Source: Antedon mediterranea (Eukaryota > Animalia > Echinodermata). Taken from it: 64,000 bases of DNA. Location of the stretch: NCBI RefSeq assembly GCF_964355755.1, contig NC_092680.1:15695045-15759044 (forward strand), given 5' to 3'. The translations under genes and the position numbers were made by a program. Numbering within the stretch: position 1 is the first letter of the stretch; each line of letters opens with the position of its first letter. Positions 25,944 to 37,900 of the stretch are shown here, one piece after another. The notes beneath the pieces were generated by a model. It was not told where the DNA came from and ran no database searches. It was given only the letters and a program-made list of their open reading frames with translations.

Positions 25944-28900
25944 GTAAGAGTATTCTAGACTGTTCTGTCAGGCCTAAAAATATAATAAAAATATTTTGTC
26001 TTGAATTAGGCCTACTAGGTAGGCTAGGGCCTAGCACTAGTAGGCCTAGGCCTAGGCTAGTTAACAAAGTAAAGAGATTAATAAAAGTTAAAATGCATGC
26101 ATGCATGTACCGGTACATTAAAAAAAATGTTAAAATTCACCTAAAAAATATATCCCCCTAGACAATCAACATCCTTAGATTAGATTCCTCCCAGCCCAAT
26201 TATCTAGGCCTAGTAACGTAACACCTTTTTGGTAAAGTAACACCTTTTCAGCCACGCAACTAGCTTACAGATTACCATTGGCATAACCTATTGCATTATG
26301 TAGAGTACATAACAGCCTGTATAATTACCATACATTTAGTAGCTAGAGGTACAGTATGATACAGTACCAAATCAAGACATGACAATAATGCACTTGTCAA
26401 TTGTATGACCCACTATACGACCCCCGGGAGAGGTGCGTCATGGGTGCGTCATTTACAAATAATTACTGACGCAGGGGTGCGTCAAAAAACCTAGATGGTA
26501 CGTTACATCAATGAACAAGGTGTGTCAATGTCCGTCACTTTACCACCCACCATATCATAAACAACATGGTCACAGTGCGTCAAAATGGGTGCGTCATGGT
26601 CACCTAAAGGTAAGGCACCTTTTTGGTATTCAAAAGTATGACGCACATCGGACAAATGACGCACCTCTCCCGGGGGTCGTATAGTGGGTCATACAATTGA
26701 CAAGTGCATAATAACTTCAGATTATATTTAACTGCCAAGATTCACATGTTGTCCACAATGATGCCAGTCTACTTTCATCGTGCATAACCTACTAGGCATA
26801 CTGATAGCTAATAATAATAATTAACTATTGATATTTTTTAACAGCCAACTCAAGTGACAACCTTCAAGAACCAGAAATGGACAACAAAGTTAGACGAGGT
26901 ACATTTAAAATACTTGTTTTTTCATTAGATTCTTGTTTTTAAACAAACAATAATTATTTTTATCCAGTACACCAAAATATAAACATATTTAATGTTCTAT
27001 AAAGCTCTGTCTATATTATCAAACTAGTTTGAAAAAAAAGTCATCATATCCATATATGGGCATATCACAATTTGTTGTCACATAAAAAGATAGTGTACGG
27101 TCAGATAGAACTTTAAGAGTAAGAAATGTAAATGAATAACCTGTGTCTTGCAGCCCACTGGGCTGAATTGTGCACAGGGGCAGATGACATACAACATCTT
27201 CTCTAGGTTGTGTTGTGAAGCTTCCACCAAACGGTGCGCATTTGGTGGCAATGACAGGAGCTAAGATGGACCAGTACACCGGGCTAACCTCCTAATCTTT
27301 CGAAAAATGAACTGGGTTCTTCATGGAGGAAATATATATTTCCTCCATGGTTCTGTAAAGTGCACATGATCCAGATGTGTACACTTGACCTTCAGTTTTA
27401 TGTCCTTATCTTAATTCAACCAAGGAAATCTAACTACAGGACATGCTGAGCTCTGGAGATCAAGTGGTTTATCTGTGGCTGCGACACGATCAGTTCCACG
27501 CCCCTTAACAGACATCGCACGCCACAGAGAATATGTAGATAATTTGTTCCTATTTTGACAAGGCGAGCTCAGGTTACAATAGATTTCCTTGATTTAACAA
27601 TTAACCCACCGCTCACATTTATATTGAGTAAATTTTGGTGCACAAACAGTTGACTAAAATAAAAATATATAACTTTATGAATCTGATGAGAATATAATTT
27701 ATTACATTAGCCTACGGTATTTACAGTACAGTAATTAAATGATGCTTTTGCCAATAAAAACATGTCTTACATTCCCTATAAAAAACAACCCATGCTGTTA
27801 AATACAATTCAAACACAGGTACAGTAATTATATAATAAAAAGCAGTAATATTAACATCATGGTTGGGGTTAACTTGTTGACCTATATTATACTATACATT
27901 CTTTAAACACTGATTTAATTCAGTAGTACAGTAGATAAATAAGAACATCATAATAAACCCAAGAGATGAACTTCACTTACTGCCCTACATAAAATCACTT
28001 AAACCACAACATTAAACATACTAAAATAGTTACGACCTTTGACCTGTTTAATTGTCTAATCACTTAAATGCTTGTGTACATCCGGATTTTCTACATTTGT
28101 TCTCGATTTGGAGTGTGAACGTCAACATGACTGGGCCTGGTTGTTATTTGGACCAGGTTCAAGGTCTGTCCTGGTTAGACCTGCTGTATAATGGATACAA
28201 GATATTATTGGACAGTACAGTACCATTTAAGTACCTCAACAAATCCTGGATTTTTTAACATACACCAAAAATTGATGTCATATTAATGTAATTATCAAAA
28301 AATGGTTTTTGCAATAACAATAGGGAGGTTTCGCAATCTTACGAATACGATAACGAAAACGGATACGTATTGCACACGTATTCGTTTTTCGTAAGCCAAC
28401 CTCCTTGGCGGAGGTAAAAAACACTTTATTTTTTGTAAGATGTTTATTATTTTTTTTATAGTTACTGAGAAATTTTCCGAAAGCCTACACATTGTTGCAA
28501 ACGATCCATCTCTAGCTATGTATAGAATACAAGAACACATAAGAAAATCACTACCTCATCAAGCCCAGTGCAAGGTAGGTATTCATTAAGTCTTACTATC
28601 TAATAACATTGTGGTTAATAAGTCAATCACTACCTCATCAAGCCCAGTGCAAGGTAGGTATTCATTAAGTCTTACTATCTAATAACATTGTGGTTAATAT
28701 TAATAAGTCAATCACTACCTCATCAAGCCCAGTGCAAGGTAGGTATTCATTAAGTTGTCTTACTATCTAATAACATTGTGGTTGATAAGTCAATCACTAC
28801 CTCATCAAGCCCAGTGCAAGGTAGGTATTCATTAAGTCTTACTATCTAATAACATTGTGGTTAATAAGTCAATCACTACCTCATCAAGCCCAGTGCAAGG

Positions 28901-31900
28901 TAGGTATTCATTAAGCTGATTTTCCACTAGGCGAATTTGTTCGCGCGAATCCAACGTTTCGAAGAGAAAAAAATCGCCTACTCTCTTTCCACTACAGAGC
29001 GAATAGCTGCGACGTTCATGTTCCTCGCGTGGTTGCTGAGAATTTCGATTCGCATGAGTGCTCATGAAAGCGTCATAGCTCATTTCCTGAGCTCTGATTG
29101 GTTGCGCAATATTTCGCTTCGCAAAAAGTAGAAACAATTCGAACTAGTAAATTTCGCTGAAGCGAAAAATCAAAGGAACTAGAATTCGTCGAAGAAGGCG
29201 GTATGACAGACAGAAACGCGAATACGCATGTGCATAGCATGACGCTTTCGATTCGCGCGAACAAATTCGCCTAGTGGGAAATCGGCTTTAAGTCTTACTA
29301 TCTAATAACATTGTGGTTAATAAGTCAACAAGTACAAGAAACTCATGTATTCTGCAAGTACTGTAATATAGTCAACGTTATTCTTGAAGCAATGATATTC
29401 TATATCAGACTCGTGTTTCTAAAGTGTAATGAAAGACATGAAAATCAAGGACATATTTTTCCTACCGTATGGATTTCTGTATTGATATAAAAATCAGGGA
29501 ATGTACTGTGTAATGGTTTTATTTTATTAGTTTCTTTGATTACAAGATCGTAAAGAATTTTTACAATATAAATATGACCCAACTACGTCTCAAAAGTCAT
29601 GGTATAATGTTGTACACATGGCTGGTGGATTAGTGTTGACTCTAAATAGTATTATGACGTAAAAATAACTGTGGGGATGGCCTCTTTATGTGCCCTGCCA
29701 AGAAAATATAAATTTAATTACCATCATGTATGAGTACATAAAGACAAGATTATTATTTTTTATTCATTTGGCCTAGGAGTCGCAATAGTAAGTAACCACT
29801 GTCGCCTGAAAGAATTGCAGCTCCCTAGATAAATGGCTGTGTGTGACAGTGGCTATGTGTGTACTAGTACACCGGGGTAACGCCCTTCTCATCTCTTAAG
29901 ATGTACAGTACTAGGTTCTTTAAAGTGCACATTGAACCAGAATGTGTACACTGGACCTACGGTTTATACTCCTTATCCGAGAAGGCTCGTTCTACCACCA
30001 GAACCATTACACGCATGAGCCTCGAACCCATGCTGATGTTATGGCTATGTCAAATTTTTATTTAATACAAAAGATTAAACTGTATTTTCCTTTTTTCCAT
30101 TTATTATTGGGGCTGTATTTGTTTGATTTACTTAACCAGACATAACACAGAGCCAGGGAACATTTTCGCCAGTGTAGCGTAGCAAAAAGCTATACAAAAC
30201 AACCTTATTGCTACACATTTTGAAAATTGTGTAGCAAAAAATACAATACAAAACTATGTTTCTCGACTTAAAAATCAGTTTGATTAGCAATATTGCTAAA
30301 CAAAATTTTTAAATGAAAATTTTCCCTGAGAGCCCTGTTTTAAATTCAATTTCTTATCTTGGGTCAGAGAATTCCAACAAATTTTTTATTTATAGATTAT
30401 CTTGTCATAGTGAATTCTGCAAAATTTATATATAAATTATAAAAACCACATCCTAAAGTGGAATAATGAAGTTATTTAAAGTATTTCATTACATCATCAT
30501 ATTGCTGTTTATAAGACTACTTATGACATCATATGTAACATTTACTGTTATATAATACCATTGTTCATAATTTATTAGTTATTAAAATTAAGATTTCTTT
30601 TGGTATATCCTTTCTGATAAAATAATCTTGTTGAGTAATTTGTAATCTTGTTTTGTTATAAATAAATGCGTAGGAGAGGAAAGAATAATGGAAAGTAATA
30701 GAATTGTTAAACGGATGATTATACATAGTGTTTAGGCATATTTTTTATTTAAAGTATGATACAATAACATTGGCATTTGATCTTATTATAATAGAACGGA
30801 AGTGTCCACGATAGTTGATACGTAATCGTAAGAAAAATAGACAGAAAAGCCATAATCTCATATTGGATTTAAGATTTTAGTGAGATTGTGGGTGACATTC
30901 CAATCGTATATCTAGCGTTGTTTGCACTGGGATTATTCAACATGGTTACTCAATATGGTTTCTGTAGTCTTACTTTATCAATATCACACTGAGTTAGTCT
31001 ATTTCGTGCTTACCTGGATAAACCAACATTTGCCCAATCTCTCTAACAATAGAGCTATAACTTGAATATATAACATTTTATGAAAAATCCCTATCATTAT
31101 AATGATACATTCCATGATCCCTGCCATCAAGTGGAAACATCCCAACAAACAACCATCATCACTTATTATAGACTACCAACACCACATTTAGTTCTGTGTA
31201 ATTTGGTCAGTGATCCTTTGGTCAGTCCCTGGCTAAATTTATTGCATAAAAAGTCCAATCCGAATGCTGGCTAGAATTCACTTGGCATCCAATTAGATTA
31301 ATATTTAAATTTACTAACCGTTGACTGCCAAGTACATGCCATGATGTTTTCATCAAGTAGTAGAAAATCAATAAAGGGTTTTCCTGCGTCATTTTTGTAT
31401 TGGACTCTCTTGATTGGTAAAAATAGAAGAGTGACTGGCAACAATTTCATCACCCCTGCCCAGTAAAACTTAGATCTTGGTATTAACTATGCTATTACAA
31501 GTTCAACATCATTTTTGTAAATCTAAATTATTAATCCAATTGTGCAAACAATTTTCAAAATGACCTATGGTTTTACTAGGTAAAGTTACCAAGTCCAGTG
31601 TGAACAAGGATTATTCAATTGAGTTCCAACTAATTTCAAGTACTGTATAGTGTGAACAAGGATTTAATAGTCAATTGAGATCCAGCTATTTTCAAGTTCA
31701 TTGTGAACAAGGATTTAGTGAATTCAGCTTTTTCATTTTTTTATTAAAGTAATTTTCCTTCAAATTTGACTTTTGATCTTTCTTCATGACCATCTTTCCT
31801 TATTCTGGCCTTGATATTTTATTAAACCCTGTGAATGAACTTAAATTCATTTCATTGCTTGATGCCAGCAGTGCCTATTCTGTATGGTAATTGGTAGCAC

Positions 31901-34900
31901 TTTGATTTGCTATAGTTTTAACTGTATCTAGTTACCTTCTGTCAATTGTAATGACTTTATTTACCACACAATAAAACTGTGGTAAACCACTAGATTGTGC
32001 TCATAAAATACAATTTTTAAATGACCCATGATGTGACCAGGATCTGCAATATATTTGTGAGCAGTTGTGAGTGTTGTCATTCTTAGTTAGTATCAATCAA
32101 TCAAAGTAACATTGTTCAATTTGAGAAGCATAAATTATTTTAAAATCTTTAATAATTAATTTTTGATTTGAAGAAGGAAGTTGTATAGATTAATATAATT
32201 TACACAGTGTTGTCTGGCATGTTTCTAATACTCAATAGCAGTTAGCTTTTTTTCAGCCAATACATATTACTATTAGTAAAGCAAAAGTCTCTCATAAAAC
32301 AAATAAAATCAAACGTTGAACTAATATTGTATTCTTTTTGTGTTGTTTATCTTGCCTAATAATTCAATTTAAATAATAATATTTTATATTTAAAAATAGT
32401 ATTGTCCCCAAAAATCATGGAAAATGAAGGTTAATAAAATCATACTTTATTGCCATTTTGCAGTTTTAATAAAGTTATTCACTTCTGTAACAAAAAACAC
32501 CCAAAAATAAATTTCACTTATAAAAAGACCAAAGAAACAGTTAATTTTAACCCAAAACCATTGTCTGACAGACAATTTAAGCATTTTTTTTGGTAATTTT
32601 AATTACATGACATTAACATGGCATATTCAACAATTATTCCAGAGTAAAGTCTACACTAAATAGTAGTTTACTTTTATGTACTGTACAGTATAGTTACTTA
32701 AATTGTATTGTTGTTAGGACATGATGTAGGTTACAACATAGTAGGTCAACTCTAGATGCAATAAGAGACAAGATATACTTGTCAATATCTATATTGATCA
32801 TATTCCAGATTTCACATAACTTTCATGTTCTTATGCAGTGCCAACTTTTTAAGACATCATATTTAGGATGAAATTATATTTTTTGTTAGTATTCTTCTAG
32901 CAAAAAACAAAAATAAATGTGGAAAACATACAGACCATGTTAACATTTTTTTTTATTAAACATTATTTGAAAATGTTCATTATAATAATTTACAAATAAT
33001 AGGAATGGTGAATTTTATTCAAATAAATATTCAAAAGTAGATTATTATAGAGTAAAAATATAAATACTGTAAATACAAATGTTGCATGTACAAAAATGTT
33101 TATGCGTAAATTTATTAATTCATATTGCATTTAGTTGTTTTTTAAATTTTCGAATATCTGATTGCCCACCACAAAAGATTTTATCTTAAAAAAAAATATT
33201 TCTGTTAACTGTATACATAATGTTCTTGTGGTAAATAAACTACAAATTGAAATGTTTTAACTATTGAATTTTATATAATTCTTTGACTTCAAACAAAAAT
33301 ATATTTAAAAAATAAAATGTTATTTTTCTTCAAAAAGATTTAAGAGAATTGGAGTAATTTATATGACCTTTTGTGACATTTGAGAAATTGAAGAATTATC
33401 TGGAGTAAAATTAAGACCAGATGAATTGTGATTGGATTGAGCAGGGAATATGGCAGAAGAAGTATTTCATTCATTTCAATAGATTGTGACAAGGTCAACG
33501 AACTGTAATTTTTATTATTGTACTATGCTATGTACAATAAAAATAAAATAAATACCATTTTTTATTTTAATAAATGCCGAAAACATTTACTGTTTGGGAG
33601 TGTTTTTAGGAGGTGTTTATTTGGGGGAAGCGTTTATTTTTGGATGTAATGTGGTACTGTAACATATATTTATCAAAATACCCCTTTTTTAATATGACAA
33701 AATATAACACAATTAATATCGAGAAGTTGATATAAATACAGTAAAAATCAAAATGCTTGGTAAATTGTAGATCATGTCAATCAATGAATTCTACTAGAAA
33801 TAGAAATGTGTTGTAATAGTACAATATTGTTGTGTAATGCATATGGCGGGGTATTTATTCGAGGAAATAAATAAAAGTTTATTCAATGTGGAGTTTATTC
33901 AAAGCAAGGCTTATTAAAAATAAGCTTATATTATAATAATGTCTACTTCAATGGTCAATCTGTATACTAACAATATCACCCCTAACCCTATATTTGTCAT
34001 TTAAACCAATGTTCATGGCAAGGTTATAGGTAGTTGTTAAAAAAGCTTACAATTATTTACTTCGACTGTCACCCTCTACCCGCCTACCCAATGTTTGTCA
34101 TTGACCAATTTTTACGATTAAGACTAAATGCACCGGTTAAAAAAGCTTATATTTTCTTTTTTAATGGTCAATTCATTGAACAATACCACCTCCTCTCTAT
34201 TATATTTGTCATTTTAAACCACTTTACATGATTAAACAGTGATTATGGTAAGCTACAGAGTATAGTTTGTCCACTATTAGTGGTCAATCAGTTATTTACA
34301 ATGTCAAGTGTATGTTTAGGTTGACCACAAATATTTATCACATAAGCCAAAAGATCTATCTGTAAGTATGTTCAAGAATATTAAAATGTATCTTCTTTAA
34401 AATATCTCCTAGTTTTAACAATTATTCTTAGAAACCTCATAGAATTCTATGATATGTTGGTGACATTAAATTTTGAGCACATTATTTTGAAATCATAACG
34501 TTAAAATAACTATACTCAGAGAAAAATACATTTCTCTGAAACTTTGGTTTCCAGTAAGGAAACCTCCTTTCCTATTAAGAAATGATCATATTCATTGTAG
34601 GTTATGTCTATGAGAATTGAACAATTATAGAAAATCTAAAACAGATTTGCTTAGAAATAGGAAATTTAATAAAGATTGAATTAGCAACATATTAAAGCCA
34701 GGCATGACTACATCATAGTGTGTGTATGATATTAGCAAACTATGTTCACTGCATAAAACAGTAATACCTGTACTGTACAGTATATATTATTTTCTTTACA
34801 TTTTGTACTAATGAATACAAAATCATGAATGGATGCAAAGATACTGTATTTGATGGAATTAAGGAAAACTAAAAAAAAAGGGCTACAAATGCAGGATACT

Positions 34901-37900
34901 AAAATCTTGTGATTGGTTGACCTAATCAAAACCAATAAGTGAACAGAGACAAAGAACCTTTTCCAAAATCAGTATCAATATTAAGTTAAAAGATTATTAA
35001 TAAACAAATAATGAACAGTAAATTAAGACTTTTAATATTATTTGTTGAAAGCCTGACTGTCTTCAACCAGCTCCAACTTCCCATTAAACATTATAAACAT
35101 TATATAATGTATAATTCAAATACCTGCATAGACAGGGTGTAGATGGGAAACAATCGGAACAAAAATTGCCTCAAAAATATTTATCCATTTTATGTTTGTA
35201 TACTTCTACAGTGGAAACCCATTTTTTGACATCCCCCCCCCCCCCCAATTCAGGGAACATGTTCTCATAAAAAAAAAACAAGAGAATTATATGTTTTATG
35301 AATGAAACTGATCACCTTATCAGGAGACACCCCTATTAAGGCGTCCCTATAATACTGTCCATTTAATACTGTAGGAGTTCTACTGTATTATCTATAAACA
35401 TTTTGTACTGTAGTCTCCAAACCATAAAGAAATAAAATATGAATGAATAAAAAATACCTTTGATCCTACCGCTTTCTGCTTCTAACGCTGTTCGACTTGG
35501 GTCTGTGTGTAGTAGAAATCAAAATGAATTTGATTCTGCATCTTCATTGATTTTTATGTAAATTTTATTTCTATTTTTATAATGAAGAGCCATTATCTAT
35601 TATGCAATATGCATTGATTCAGAGAAATCTGCGTCAGTTTGACACCAGGACATATGGTTATTAAGAAATTTGAAATAATGTATAAGATATTGAAGAGCAC
35701 TTTAGACCAGCCTCCTAAAACGAGGAGACAATAGTTGCGTTGTTCTGACCGGTACACTAATACTGTTTAATCTGAATATCGTGTGCTGGTATAAAGGCGC
35801 TGTTTGTGTTCCGATTAAAAGGCATCCAGAGTTGCCTCACTATCTTTATATTAAGATTCACTGACATATCATTGTTATTGTTTAACTATTATCTATGGTG
35901 TACTCAAGAAGAATGGTCCGAGAATATGGATTAGTACGTAGACAATGTACAATTAAAGTCTCTTTAAAATTGAATGAAGTTTAGTGAAGTGGTCTACTTT
36001 AGAAGTAAAGAAATATTTCATATGTTTCTTAATGAAGTTGTCATTTAGTAAGATTATGTTAGTTATATTTCTTTTTATTTAAGATCAAACTATTTATGGC
36101 CAAATAAAAACAGATTGTTAATTTCATGTCCAGGATTTGAAATATTTTTGTTCATGTACAGGGCTTTAAAGGATGTGTTTACTCTTGATATTTCTAATTT
36201 TATTTACAAGAAACTCATTTTGTAAACACTCTAGTGATGTGATTTGTATGCTTATAAACTTACTAGCTTGACCAATGATTCCATGAAACAGTTTTTGTAA
36301 CTCTCTCAAGGAATTAAAATTTGTTTACAACTAGTTAAAGTTTGTATGTGCAAGCCAGTTATTGGTATGAGATGTGGTCAGTATAACTTTCCATGACCCC
36401 CTCCTATTCCCTACAGTGTTTGTTGTGGTAATGAAATCAATATCATATTATATGGCCAATGCAATTCTATCTACCAATGAATAAAGTAGATAGTGTATTG
36501 TATTCCCAAGAAAAGGAGTAAAAGTTTGCCAAGTCCAAAAGGAAATTGTTATTGTTAAAATAATACAGTCAAAAAACTGTCTTGTTATGTTATACTTAAT
36601 GAATTTATAGATGCAGATCTATTAGTATGCATTATTACAATCTTGTAGAAAACACCAATATTTTGGTGAACAAGCTTTTGTATTTGGTGATGATAAATTC
36701 ATAAAATGTTATGCTTTTTCAAACAAAAAAGGAAATAAAGAATTTAGAAAATTGAAAAATAATTTTTTGAAATACGGAAGTTAGAGTTAATAGAGTAAAT
36801 TGTAATGTTGGAATAGTTAACATATATTTTGGCAATGATTATGATGTATATTGGGTTTTAAAATAAGAAAACAAGTTTTCTTCAAATGTTACTGTAATGT
36901 ACTAAAATCCCAACAGTTTCTAGATTAATGCCATGCAAAATCAATTAAATTTTGTATTAAAAAAGTGTTTAATCAATAAATAAATAAAACAATGTGTTGT
37001 TGGCCAAGTTCTTCAAACTCTAACCTATCCTTTTCAAAGCAAAGGATTGCAGTCAATATGACAATCAATCTGTCAATACAATTGTATACAGAATATAATA
37101 CAGTTCTTACCTTTGTCAACAAACTATATTATGTTCTCACCAAACTATAATCTTGTCACCAGACAATTTTTTTGTCACCAAACTATAATCTTGTCACCAA
37201 CTATTATTTTGTCACCAAACTATAATCTTGTTACCAAACTATAATCTTGTCACCAACTATTATTTTGTCAACAAACTATAATCTTGTCACCAAACTGTTA
37301 TTTTGTCCCCAAACTATAATCTTGTCACCAGACTGTTATTTTGTCCCCAAACTATAATCTTGTCACCAAACTGTTATTTTGTCCCCAAACTATAATCTTG
37401 TCACCAGCTATTATTTTGTCACCAAACTATAATATTGTCACCAACTATTATTTTGTCACCAACTATTTTTTTGTCACCAAACTATTATTTTGTCCCCAAA
37501 CTATAATCTTGTCACCAGCTATTATTTTGTCACCAAACTATAATATTGTCACCAACTATTATTTTGTCACCAAACTATTATTTTGTCACCAAACTATTAT
37601 TTTGTCACCAAACTATAATCTTGTCACCAACTATTATTTTGTCAACAAACTATAATCTTGTCACCAACTATTATTTTGTCAACAAACTATAATATTGTCA
37701 CCAAACTATTATTTCCAAAATAAATATACAAAATGGTTGTAGTTTTGTCTTGCGTTATACACTAGTTCTTAAACTGAGGTATTTATACAGAATTGACCAT
37801 TCGGTGTACATGAGTTGTGTACACCAATATGGTATGGCACGTTGATGGTGTTACTTATTGATATTAAATCATATAATTCTCAACTATTTATTGCACATAC

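Noticed and set aside
28546-28915. CRISPR-like regularly spaced repeats
   Set aside because: The would-be spacers are identical, the context is a eukaryotic intron, and there are no cas genes. It is a tandem duplication.
28832-29264. ORFs of 63-101 aa; likewise 6603-7011, 21942-22130 and 13177-13549
   Set aside because: They fall in GC-richer MITE or decayed-repeat sequence, with no transposase motifs or recognisable domains.
37341-37655. 104-aa repetitive ORF
   Set aside because: Translation of the 19-20 bp minisatellite.
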